Below, in pieces: positions 46,642 to 54,959 of a stretch of 64,000 nucleotides of DNA (position 1 is the first letter of the stretch; each line of letters starts with the position of its first letter). The translations under genes and the position numbers were made by a program. Source of the stretch: Syntrophaceae bacterium (GTDB taxonomy: Bacteria > Desulfobacterota > Syntrophia > Syntrophales > Smithellaceae). The stretch covers positions 4,324 to 68,323 of the forward strand of contig JAHDKI010000012.1 in the NCBI GenBank assembly GCA_018436925.1, read 5' to 3'. The notes below the pieces were generated by a model, which was given only the letters and a program-made list of their open reading frames with translations, had not been told where the DNA came from and did no database searches.

Positions 46642-47412
46642 TCAGGCAAACTTGGTGAAATCCGGTTTACGGCGCTCGAAAAACGCCGAAAACGCCTCTT
46701 TGGCCTCCGGCGATAAAAGCATCCGGCTGAAATAGGCGTTTTCCTCCAGAATCTTTTCCCGCACCCTTTCTAAGTGAGCGTTTTTAATCAACCCCTTGGT
46801 CGTGCGCAAAGAGGAAGCAGGCAGCGCGGCCAATTTCGCGGCCCGCTCATAGACAAAGTCCGCAAGCTCGGCATCCGGCAGCACCCGATTGACCAGACCC
46901 ATCTCGCAGGCCTCCTGCGCGGAAAAAGGCTCTCCGAAAAACAGTTTTTCAGCCGCTTTCTGATAGCCCACCGTCTCAGGCAGAAGCCTGCTCGAGCCGA
47001 ATTCCGGACACAGACCCAGTTGTGCAAACGGCATTGCAAAGGTCGCATTTTCAGAGGCGTAAATCAAATCGCAGTGCAAAAGCATCGTCGTGCCGATGCC
47101 GATGGCCGCGCCCGTCACACAGGCGATCACCGGCTTGGTCAGCGTCACCAGATTGAGCATGAAAGCCGCCACCGGCCGTTCGCTTAAATTTTCGTCCTGC
47201 GTATGGTTCATGAAATCGACCAGGTCGTTTCCCGCCGAAAAAATATCGGGCTTCCCCAGAAACACCACGACGCGGGTGGCCGGGTCATTCTGGCCGTCCG
47301 CAAGCGCGTCGGCGATCATCCGGTACATTTCGGACGTAATCGAATTTTTCTTGTCCGGACGGTTAAATTCAATCGTCAGAATGCCTTTTTCTTTACGTGT
47401 CAGAATGTGCAT
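46642..47412 (-). CDS. enoyl-CoA hydratase/isomerase family protein
   Basis: Crotonase fold segments (GILTIEFNRPDKKN, FSAGNDL, ACVTGAAIGIGTT). Start moved to Met13. Confidence 0.85.
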   Translation of the reverse strand: MHILTRKEKGILTIEFNRPDKKNSITSEMYRMIADALADGQNDPATRVVVFLGKPDIFSAGNDLVDFMNHTQDENLSERPVAAFMLNLVTLTKPVIACVTGAAIGIGTTMLLHCDLIYASENATFAMPFAQLGLCPEFGSSRLLPETVGYQKAAEKLFFGEPFSAQEACEMGLVNRVLPDAELADFVYERAAKLAALPASSLRTTKGLIKNAHLERVREKILEENAYFSRMLLSPEAKEAFSAFFERRKPDFTKFA

Positions 47413-47471
47413 AACGCCTCGACATTGAAAACCGGCCGGGCGCGACACCGCGCCCGGCCGGTTTAAAAGGA

Positions 47472-49280
47472 TTAATCTTCAAAATACTCGTTTTTCATTG
47501 TCACGGTGAGGCCGTCGTTGTTGAGCAATCGTTCGGCCAAAGCCTGAATCTTGGGCAGTTCATAGCCGAAGAAGTATCGGTTGGCGGCAAGTTTTCCCGA
47601 ATAGAAGTTCGCGTCGTTCTCGCCGGGGTTTTTAGCCAGCGCTTTGGTGGCCGCCGTCGCCTGACGCAGCCACTGCCAGGCAATCGCGATGATCCCGAAA
47701 AACTCCAGATACACGGTGGCATCCGACAAAAACATTTCGGGGCCCTGGGAGGCTGCCGTTTCAAACTGTTTGGCCGTCACTTTTTCCAGAAGCGCCACCG
47801 CCTCGGTGAGTTTACCGGCGAACGGCTTCAACTCGGCGATGCCTTCGGCTTCCTTGATCGCTTTGCGCACTTCCGCCAGATACAGTTGCGCGGCCTTGCC
47901 TTTTTTCATCGACATTTTGCGGCCCAGAAGGTCCATGCCCTGAATGCCGGTGGTGCCTTCGTGAATCGGGTGAATGCGGATGTCTCGGTAGAGCTGCTCG
48001 AGCGGAAATTCTTCGCAGAAGCCGTAGCCGCCCAGAATCTGCAAACCGGCCGAGCAGGACAAAATGCCCATTTCCGCCGGATAGGTTTTGGCCACCGGCG
48101 TGAGCAGCTCCAAAAGCAGATTGCAATTTTCTTTTTCTTCGCCTTCGGTAACATGTTCCAGATCTTCATAAAGACCGCATTGGTACAGAAGCGACAGCGA
48201 TCCTTCCACGATGGCTTTCTGGAACAAAAGCATCCGCTTGATGTCCGGGTGCTCGATGATCGGCACCTGGGGCGCCAGGGGATCTTTTCCGGAGAGCTTG
48301 CGGCCCTGCGGTCTTTCCTTGGCGTATTCCAAAGAGGCGTAGTAGGCGGCCGACGAGATCACCGCGGCGGCCAATCCCACGTCGATGCGCGCGCCGTTCA
48401 TCATCTGGAACATATAACCCAGGCCCTTGTTGGCCTCGCCCACCAGCCAGCCCCGGCAGTCTTCGTTTTCGCCGAAAGCCAGCTGCGTGATCGGCGTTCC
48501 TTTGTAACCCAGCTTGTGGTAGATGCCCGCGCAGTTCACATCGTTGGGCTCAAGCGATCCGTCCTCCTTGATGCGCAGCTTGGGAATAATGAAAAGGGAA
48601 ATGCCTTTGATGCCGGGAGGCGCGTCCTTGACGCGGCCCAGCGCCAGATGAATGACGTTGTCGCAGCCGTCGTGGTCGCCCGCGGAGATGAAAAGCTTCT
48701 GGCCTTTCATCAGATAGTAGCCTTTGTCGGTGGGCGTGCCGGTGGTGGTAAGATCCGTGAGCGACGAACCGGCCTGCGGTTCGGTAAGGGCCATCGTGCC
48801 CTGCCATTCACCGGTGATCATCTTGGGCAGATAGGTGTCCTTCATATCCTGCGTGCCGTAGGAAACGATCAGTCCCGCCGCGCCGTGGGTCAGGCCCTGA
48901 TAGGCCACCGCGGAGTAGTTGGCCGCGCCGAAGATGGCCGTCGGCAGGAAAACGCCGACGGAAAAAGGCAGCTGCTGGCCGCCCAGATCATAAGGAAAGG
49001 TCGAGGCGATCCAGCCGCCCTCGCCCGCCGAACGCAGCACGTCGCGCACTTTCGGATGAACCTTGACTTCGCCGTTTACATACTGGGGTTCCTCCCGGTC
49101 CATTTCCTCAAACAGCGGCTTATAGATATCCTTGCCCATCTTCATGGCCGTTTCCAGGATCATATCGAAGACGTCCTTGCTGTGATCGGCAAAACGCGGA
49201 TATTTAAGGAGAGCCTCCGTGTCGTTTAATTCATACATCAAAAACTTCAAGTTGCGGTCGGAAATAAATTTTTCAGCCAT
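47472..49280 (-). CDS. long-form acyl-CoA dehydrogenase with extra C-terminal domain
   Basis: 602 aa with ACAD middle and C-terminal domains (ALTEPQAGS, IHEGTTGIQ) plus a ~150-aa C-terminal extension. Confidence 0.85.
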   Translation of the reverse strand: MAEKFISDRNLKFLMYELNDTEALLKYPRFADHSKDVFDMILETAMKMGKDIYKPLFEEMDREEPQYVNGEVKVHPKVRDVLRSAGEGGWIASTFPYDLGGQQLPFSVGVFLPTAIFGAANYSAVAYQGLTHGAAGLIVSYGTQDMKDTYLPKMITGEWQGTMALTEPQAGSSLTDLTTTGTPTDKGYYLMKGQKLFISAGDHDGCDNVIHLALGRVKDAPPGIKGISLFIIPKLRIKEDGSLEPNDVNCAGIYHKLGYKGTPITQLAFGENEDCRGWLVGEANKGLGYMFQMMNGARIDVGLAAAVISSAAYYASLEYAKERPQGRKLSGKDPLAPQVPIIEHPDIKRMLLFQKAIVEGSLSLLYQCGLYEDLEHVTEGEEKENCNLLLELLTPVAKTYPAEMGILSCSAGLQILGGYGFCEEFPLEQLYRDIRIHPIHEGTTGIQGMDLLGRKMSMKKGKAAQLYLAEVRKAIKEAEGIAELKPFAGKLTEAVALLEKVTAKQFETAASQGPEMFLSDATVYLEFFGIIAIAWQWLRQATAATKALAKNPGENDANFYSGKLAANRYFFGYELPKIQALAERLLNNDGLTVTMKNEYFED

Positions 49281-49339
49281 AGTCGTTCCTCATTTCTTGG
49301 CGGCGGCAGGCCGCCGCATTATTTTGTGCGGGTTTGCGT

Positions 49340-49380
49340 AAAAAAAATGCCGCCAGGCTTGTCGTAAAAACCCGGCGGCA
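49340..49380 (-). terminator. rho-independent terminator of the thiolase gene
   Basis: On the minus strand: tgccgccggg - loop - cctggcggca (9/10 paired), followed by a T8 run. Confidence 0.65.
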
Positions 49381-49423
49381 CTTCGAAAAATTCAGAGTTC
49401 CTTGTTATTCCACTCGCGGTCGA

Positions 49424-50632
49424 TTAGACCATCAGGTTTTCGATAATCGCCGCAACGCCCAGTCCGCCGCCGCAGCAGGAGCTGAAGCAGCCGTATTTGC
49501 CGCCGGTTTTGATCAGCTGGCGCATGGTGAAAATGCAGATACGCGAGCCGGAGGCGCCGTTGGGATGGCCGTAGGAAATGGCGCCGCCGTTGGGATTCCA
49601 TTTTTCCCAATCGACCTTGTCGCCGGTCTGTTTTTCCAGTTCCGCCGCCACCGCGAGATTCTGAACCGCAAAGGCTTCGTTGCATTCCATGACGTCCATC
49701 TGGCTCATCTTCAAACCGGCCATTTTGAGGGCCTTGGGCACCGCGTAAGCCGGAGCAATCCCCATGATCGTGGGATCAACGCCCGCATCGCCGCCCGCCA
49801 GCCACTTGGCCATCGGTTTGAAGCCCAACTGCTGGGCTTTTTCTTTGGTCATCATCAAGACGAAGGCCGCGCCGTCGTTGCGGCCCGAGGAGTTTCCGGC
49901 GGTGACGGTGCCGTCTTTGATGAACGCGGGCGGAAGTTTCTGCAGACCTTCCATCGTCGTTTCGGGGCGGGGGAATTCATCCACCTTGAACTCCAGCGGG
50001 GGTTTTTTGCCCTGCGGAACCATGATGGGCACGATGTCCTGCGCGCAGAAGCCGGATTCGATGGCGGCTTTCGTGCGCATCTGGCTGCGGTAGGCGAACT
50101 CATCTTGCGCTTCGCGCGGAATGTTGTACATCTTCTGAAGCTTTTCCGCGGTAAGACCCATGTTCATCGTGGCCGCGTCGCGGGAAGGCGCCTGAGAAAG
50201 CGGAATCGGCATGGGCGGAATCAGACGGTAGGGTTCGGTGTTCATCGGGAAACGGGCCGGGGCGTTCGAGTAGGATTCATAACCGCCGGCGATGATGATA
50301 TCGGCCTGGCCGGCCAGGATTTTCCACGCGGCATGGTTGATCGAGTCAATCGCGGAGCCGCACTGCATTTCCACGTAAGAGGCCGAAGTGGTGTCCGGAA
50401 GCCCGGAGGCCAGAACCGGCCAACGCGCGCCGTTGATCGCGGTCGCCGGACCGATGGCGGAACCCATGAAACAACAGTCCACCACGCCGCCTTTTTCAAT
50501 AATTTTTGATCTTTCGACAAGCGCCTTGATGGCCGTGCCGGCGAATTCCTCGCCCAGAATACCGCGCAGGGTTTTCCCCAGCGTGCCGAAGGCTGTTCTA
50601 ACACAATCCACAAATACGACTTCTCTGCTCAT
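49424..50632 (-). CDS. acetyl-CoA C-acyltransferase (thiolase)
   Basis: 402 aa with thiolase motifs, including a C-terminal CCGGGLG-type segment and NPNGGAISYGHP. Confidence 0.9.
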   Translation of the reverse strand: MSREVVFVDCVRTAFGTLGKTLRGILGEEFAGTAIKALVERSKIIEKGGVVDCCFMGSAIGPATAINGARWPVLASGLPDTTSASYVEMQCGSAIDSINHAAWKILAGQADIIIAGGYESYSNAPARFPMNTEPYRLIPPMPIPLSQAPSRDAATMNMGLTAEKLQKMYNIPREAQDEFAYRSQMRTKAAIESGFCAQDIVPIMVPQGKKPPLEFKVDEFPRPETTMEGLQKLPPAFIKDGTVTAGNSSGRNDGAAFVLMMTKEKAQQLGFKPMAKWLAGGDAGVDPTIMGIAPAYAVPKALKMAGLKMSQMDVMECNEAFAVQNLAVAAELEKQTGDKVDWEKWNPNGGAISYGHPNGASGSRICIFTMRQLIKTGGKYGCFSSCCGGGLGVAAIIENLMV

Positions 50633-50790
50633 ACAAACTCCTCCTCATGTTTTTATTGGTCTTTTACGATAAAAATCGTTTTTTATTCGAGATTTCGAGA
50701 AAGATCCACGCATCTTGGCGACCGTGCTCAAAACCGGATAGAAGCCGTTATCACACCCATCCCGAGACGTCAAGCAGGATATGAAAAAAC

Positions 50791-50867
50791 GTGAGGCGCG
50801 AAGAGTAAAGAGTCAGGTGTGAGGAGTTAGGAGATAAGCCCCCCCCCTCACGCCTCACGCCTCACGC
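50791..50867. repeat. inverted pair of 7-nt arrays around a C7 tract
   Basis: The left arm is in complement orientation (gtgaggc gcgaaga gtaaaga gtcaggt gtgagga gttagga gataag). It is followed by ccccccc and a right arm ctcacgc x3. Confidence 0.85.
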
Positions 50868-50901
50868 AAAAAGCCCGGCGGGTTGCGCCCCGCCGGGCTT
50901 T
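50868..50901 (-). terminator. symmetric (bidirectional-type) terminator hairpin after the OMP gene
   Basis: aaagcccggcgg - 8-nt loop - ccgccgggcttt, with an A-run before and a T-run after. Confidence 0.65.
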
Positions 50902-50935
50902 AAATTTGTAAAACCGACTTTCTAAACGATAAAGA

Positions 50936-52360
50936 TTAGAAGGTCAGGGTCAGCTTGTTGATGACCATGTAGTCGTTTTCAACTTCCTGAGCGAGGAACG
51001 GATTCACACCGCCGCCATCGTTGCCTCTGAAGTAGTCACCCGTGAACAGGTAACCGGCACCCAGCATGTAGGACAGATTGTTGGTGATCTTGTAGGTCGC
51101 GGTCGCGTCCACTTCGATCCCGTATTCTCTGCCCGCCCAGTGACCGATAACCGGATGACGTTCGGCTTTCGCCCAGGAAAGCGCGAGGCCCAGATCCAGT
51201 TTTTCAACCGGACGGACGCCGCCGCGAACCTGCGCGAAGAAGGCGTTGGTCATACCGCCGGCCGTCGAGGTGTTGTTCCAGCCGGTGATGCCGCCCTGCC
51301 AGTAGGTCAGGTCGTTGTTGAACATAATGAGACAGGGATTCCAGTCGATGCCGCCGGAAAAATTACCTTCACGTCGGGGGGTGTCAGGCTTGTCACCCGA
51401 CAGATAAGCCAGGGTGCCGCCGGCATAGAACATGCCGAAATCGGCCGTCGCGTCGATCCATGCGGATAACTGGCTGACACTGATTTCATCTTCGCCCCAC
51501 AATGCACTGTAAAATCTTCTCGTTTCTTCTTCGGCTTCAATCTTGCCGTAGGTGTAAATGATTTCGCCCTGCATAGCCACCGGGCCCAACTGCGCTTTGA
51601 AGTAAGGCAGAGACGACAACGTTCTGGTCGACGTCATCGGGAAGGTTGCACCAAGGCCGGCTCGGTCGGTTTTATTGACAATATATTTCGCCAGGAAACC
51701 AGCCTCGCCACCCTTCCATTTGTATTTCACGAAAGCGGTGTAGAAGCTAGAATCGCGGTCGGCGCCGATGTTGGCCTGGTTGTTTGCAACAGCGGTACGA
51801 GTGTAGCTGTTTTCAATGTTCTTGCCCATCTGAACGCCGAGGACGAACTTGCCGATCGGCAGCGCATAGGCGACCTTGCCGGTGGGAAGCGAATTGTCGC
51901 CGAACACCGTACCCCAGACATTGTCGATCTGATAACCGGCGGAGATGATGCCGTAGGGGGAAATGTAGGTCAGGTAAGCCAGGTCGATTGCGATGTTCTC
52001 GTTTTCAGCGCGGGTTCCGGCCGAAAGCGTGTCCAGCGTGGAAGCCAGAGGCACGTCGGATCTCTGGGCGCCCCAGGCTCTTTCCATCGCGTCCATCCGG
52101 GTGATGAAAAACAGGCCCGGAGCGACGATGAACGTCGAGGTCAGCCGCAGTCTCTGGAAATAGAAAGCGGTGCTCTGATCATTCAGATTATTCGCCGCCG
52201 AAGGGTTATTAATCGAAACATCCCGGACGCCGATTCTGTCCAGATACAGGCCGCCGGCATAAAATTCGCCGCTGAATCTTACGGTAACCTGCGCAAAGGA
52301 CACCGTGGCCGTGGCTGCGATGAGCCCCAGCGCCAACAACACTAACCAAAATCTCTTCAT
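50936..52360 (-). CDS. outer-membrane beta-barrel protein (porin-like)
   Basis: Start moved to MKRFWLVLLALGLIAATATVSFAQ (Sec signal; GGAGG-containing RBS upstream). Alternating beta-strand pattern and a C-terminal ...LTLTF. Confidence 0.7.
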   Translation of the reverse strand: MKRFWLVLLALGLIAATATVSFAQVTVRFSGEFYAGGLYLDRIGVRDVSINNPSAANNLNDQSTAFYFQRLRLTSTFIVAPGLFFITRMDAMERAWGAQRSDVPLASTLDTLSAGTRAENENIAIDLAYLTYISPYGIISAGYQIDNVWGTVFGDNSLPTGKVAYALPIGKFVLGVQMGKNIENSYTRTAVANNQANIGADRDSSFYTAFVKYKWKGGEAGFLAKYIVNKTDRAGLGATFPMTSTRTLSSLPYFKAQLGPVAMQGEIIYTYGKIEAEEETRRFYSALWGEDEISVSQLSAWIDATADFGMFYAGGTLAYLSGDKPDTPRREGNFSGGIDWNPCLIMFNNDLTYWQGGITGWNNTSTAGGMTNAFFAQVRGGVRPVEKLDLGLALSWAKAERHPVIGHWAGREYGIEVDATATYKITNNLSYMLGAGYLFTGDYFRGNDGGGVNPFLAQEVENDYMVINKLTLTF

Positions 52361-52509
52361 TGTTTCCTCCTTAAGGAATGGTTGAAAGAGTGAAACAGGG
52401 TTTCCGGCTCCGGCGCCGAAACGGGCATTTCGGGTGATTCGGAACCGCTTCTGCCTTCTTCCGGCCGCTCGGCGCAAACGCTTGGCGCGACCGGATACTT
52501 AATGAGGGA

Positions 52510-52538
52510 AACTAGCACTGCTTTTGCCGGAGTGTCAA
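52510..52538 (-). promoter_or_regulatory. candidate sigma70 promoter of the OMP gene
   Basis: On the minus strand: TTGACA (52538-52533), 17-nt spacer, CTAGTT (52515-52510). The -10 element is weak. Confidence 0.3.
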
Positions 52539-52961
52539 TATTTTTTTCCCGGCAAATGACTATTTTCCCGCCTGCCCGGCAATTTTAGCAAGACCGATGC
52601 CAGAAGCGCGACTGATCTGACGAAAGCCTGGCGAAAGCACCTGCCCCGGAAAGGACCGCGCGGAGGACGCCCTGCCCGTAATGCCTCTATCCATTTGGAT
52701 TATTATTATTTTTTAAAATTCCGGCAAAGGCAAGCCGATTATTTCAAGAGGCAAATCCGCCCCGGAAAAAAGCTTTTTTTCATCGCCTCTATGCGGCAAT
52801 CACAGATCGAGAATAAACCAGATCCGTCAAAGTGTGTTTTTTTGAACACACTTCCCCTTCCCGGATTCGCAATTTTCTATATTTGTGCAAAAAAAGACAC
52901 AAAAAATATTTTAAGCGGAACCAGGAACAGGCGCTTTTATATGAAACCGGGCACCCGTTCT

Positions 52962-53052
52962 CTCACACCTCACACCTCACGCCTTACGCCTTACGCCTTA
53001 CTCCTCACGCCTTACGCCTCACGCCTTACGCCTTACGCCTTACTCCTGACGC
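52962..53052. repeat. 7-nt tandem array, 13 units (CTCACAC/CTCACGC/CTTACGC/CTTACTC/CTGACGC)
   Basis: Read directly from the sequence. Contains a higher-order repeat (ctcacgc cttacgc cttacgc cttactc). Confidence 0.95.
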
Positions 53053-53250
53053 TTTAACCTGTTCCCGCAGCGCGTCCAGATCCGATCCGATCCCGGCCAA
53101 AGCCGCAAGCAGCTCTTCCTGGCGGCCGTCAGGAAGATTTTCAAGGCGGTCAAGATCCGAAAGCGCCGCGCCCAGCTTTTGCCGGAATCCGCCGATCGCT
53201 TCCCGCGCGGCAAGCCGGGCGTCCACTCGCGCGGGCTTAAAGGTTTCCAT
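53026..53250 (-). CDS. hypothetical 74-aa protein (helical, acidic)
   Basis: The ORF starts 13 nt after the stop of the beta-CASP gene. GC-rich third positions resemble neighbouring genes. The last ~8 codons and the stop lie inside the heptamer array. No recognisable family. Confidence 0.4.
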   Translation of the reverse strand: METFKPARVDARLAAREAIGGFRQKLGAALSDLDRLENLPDGRQEELLAALAGIGSDLDALREQVKASGVRRKA

Positions 53251-53262
53251 CGGCAGATCGGG

Positions 53263-54660
53263 TTAAAGCTGCAGAACGTCCAGATAATCCGGAATTTCGA
53301 CATCGAAGTGGAATTTCTCCCGAATTTGCGACGCCAGGATCTTTTGGGCCGAGTTCTCCCCGTGCACTAAAAAAACGTCCATTTTCTTGTTTTTGAAAGA
53401 ACTCAGCCACTCCAGAAGCTGGCTTTGGCCGGCGTGCGCCGAAAAGCCGTTGATCGTGAAGACGCGGGCCCCGACGGCGATATCCTCGTTGAAAATGCGG
53501 ATTTTCTGCGCGCCGTCCACAATCTTCCTTCCGCTGGTCCCTTGCGCCTGAAACCCCACAAAGACGACGCTCGCGCCGGTTCGCCAGAGGTTGTGGCGCA
53601 GATGATGGAGAATCCGCCCGGCGTTGGCCATGCCGCTTGCCGAAATCACAATCGCCGGCTCGCGCCGCTCGTTGATCGCGATGGATTCTTCGGTGGTCGC
53701 CGTGAATCGCAGCTGCGCCAGATTCAGGGGATCTTCCCCCTTGCGCAAAAGCGCCTGGGTTTCCGCGTCGAGATAGCCCTGATGCCGCCGGAAGATTTCG
53801 GTGGCCTTGATCGCCAGGGGGCTGTCGAGATACACCGGCATGTCCGAAGGGAGACGCCCGTCCATCATTAAAAGATGCAGGGAATAGAGAATTTCCTGGG
53901 TCCGTTCAACGGCAAAGGCTGGAATGATGACTTTTTCGCCCCGGCTGTAGCTGTAGGCAATGGCCTCCCCCAGTTCGTCGAGGCTTTCGAGTTCGCCTTT
54001 ATGATTGCGGTTGCCGTAGGTGGATTCCATAAACAGGTAATCCGCGTCGGAAAGCGACGTCGGATCTTTCATCAAAAGCTGATTGGGACGACCGATGTCG
54101 CCGGAGAAAACAAGCTTTTGAGAACTTCCCCCGTCTTCGATGAAAAGCTCCACGACGGCCGCGCCGAGAATGTGGCCCGCGTCCTGAAAGCGCACCGTGA
54201 GGCCGGGAGCGGGACTGAAGGCTTCGCCGTATTTTTGGCGGCGGATACGGGGCAAAACGGCGCGCGCGTCTTTCTGGGTGTACAGCGCGACGGCATCTCC
54301 TTTTTGACCGCTGCGCAACAAACGCTTGTTGCGGCCCGCCGCCTCCGTCTCCTGAATGTGAGCGCTGTCGAGAAGCAGAATTTCCAGCAAATCCCCGGTG
54401 GGTTCGGTGGCATAAACCGGCCCGGCAAAGCCATGGCGGACGACGCGGGGCAGAAGGCCCGAATGATCGATGTGCGCGTGCGTGATGAGTATGAAGTCGA
54501 TTCGCGCCGGATCATAAGGCGTCATGTCCCGGTTGCGCTTTTCAATGGCATCGGAGCCCTGATGCATGCCGCAGTCCACCGCAAAGCGCGCCCGATCCGT
54601 CTCCACGATAAAACACGACCCGGTCACGGTCCGCGCGGCTCCCAGAAATTGAATTTTCAT
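53263..54660 (-). CDS. beta-CASP family MBL ribonuclease (CPSF73/RNase J-like)
   Basis: Starts MKIQFLGAARTVTGSC, with HAHIDHSG (HxHxDH), beta-CASP motifs and a C-terminal RNA-metabolising MBL segment (SAHAG). Confidence 0.85.
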   Translation of the reverse strand: MKIQFLGAARTVTGSCFIVETDRARFAVDCGMHQGSDAIEKRNRDMTPYDPARIDFILITHAHIDHSGLLPRVVRHGFAGPVYATEPTGDLLEILLLDSAHIQETEAAGRNKRLLRSGQKGDAVALYTQKDARAVLPRIRRQKYGEAFSPAPGLTVRFQDAGHILGAAVVELFIEDGGSSQKLVFSGDIGRPNQLLMKDPTSLSDADYLFMESTYGNRNHKGELESLDELGEAIAYSYSRGEKVIIPAFAVERTQEILYSLHLLMMDGRLPSDMPVYLDSPLAIKATEIFRRHQGYLDAETQALLRKGEDPLNLAQLRFTATTEESIAINERREPAIVISASGMANAGRILHHLRHNLWRTGASVVFVGFQAQGTSGRKIVDGAQKIRIFNEDIAVGARVFTINGFSAHAGQSQLLEWLSSFKNKKMDVFLVHGENSAQKILASQIREKFHFDVEIPDYLDVLQL

Positions 54661-54682
54661 GAACGTTTGATCTCCCTTCCGT

Positions 54683-54745
54683 CTTTACACTTTACGCCTG
54701 ACACTTTACTCTTTACTCCTCACGCCTGACGCTTCACGCCTCACC
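54683..54745. repeat. 7-nt tandem array, 9 units (CTTTACA CTTTACG CCTGACA CTTTACT x2 CCTCACG CCTGACG CTTCACG CCTCACC)
   Basis: Read directly from the sequence. It lies between the small Lys-rich ORF and the beta-CASP start codon. Confidence 0.9.
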
Positions 54746-54839
54746 CGTTCTTTTTCAGGCGCTTGGCTTCTTTTTTCTCTTTGACTGATTTGGATGGCTT
54801 CTTTTTGGCATCTTTTTTGACGTCTTTGGATTTGGACAT
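54741..54839 (-). CDS. small lysine-rich protein, 32 aa (below the ORF-track cutoff)
   Basis: Manual translation gives MSKSKDVKKDAKKKPSKSVKEKKEAKRLKKNG. AAGGAGG lies 5 nt upstream of the ATG. The stop codon lies in the last heptamer unit. Confidence 0.5.
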   Translation of the reverse strand: MSKSKDVKKDAKKKPSKSVKEKKEAKRLKKNG

Positions 54840-54959
54840 ATCGCCTCCTTAAAAAGTGATCAAGACTTGCCGTTTGTTCTTCGCACGATCAATCCTGCCT
54901 GCCTTTCCGGCAAAGATTCGGTCGCGCCTTCTTTGAAAAACGCCCGCCCCTGCGGCCGC

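Noticed and set aside
47886-50509. Long + strand ORFs (447 aa and 391 aa) antisense to the acyl-CoA dehydrogenase and thiolase genes
   Set aside because: Same GC-rich antisense artefact. The minus-strand products carry clear ACAD and thiolase signatures. The + strand products are Arg/Gly/His-rich with no motifs.
52513-52527. Sigma-54-like element TAGCAC-N5-TTGC on the + strand
   Set aside because: The nearly invariant GG of the -24 box is AG. No + strand gene follows for several hundred bp, only the repeat array.
52962-53052. Heptamer arrays as a possible CRISPR array or other spacer-containing locus
   Set aside because: The period is 7 nt with no unique spacers, and no cas genes are in the window.
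52695-53266. + strand ORFs translating the heptamer array as TPYALRLTPHALRL-type repeats
   Set aside because: The repeat has no stop codons on the + strand, so any frame stays open. The upstream part lies in AT-rich non-coding DNA, there is no RBS, and one ORF overlaps the better-supported minus-strand ORF.
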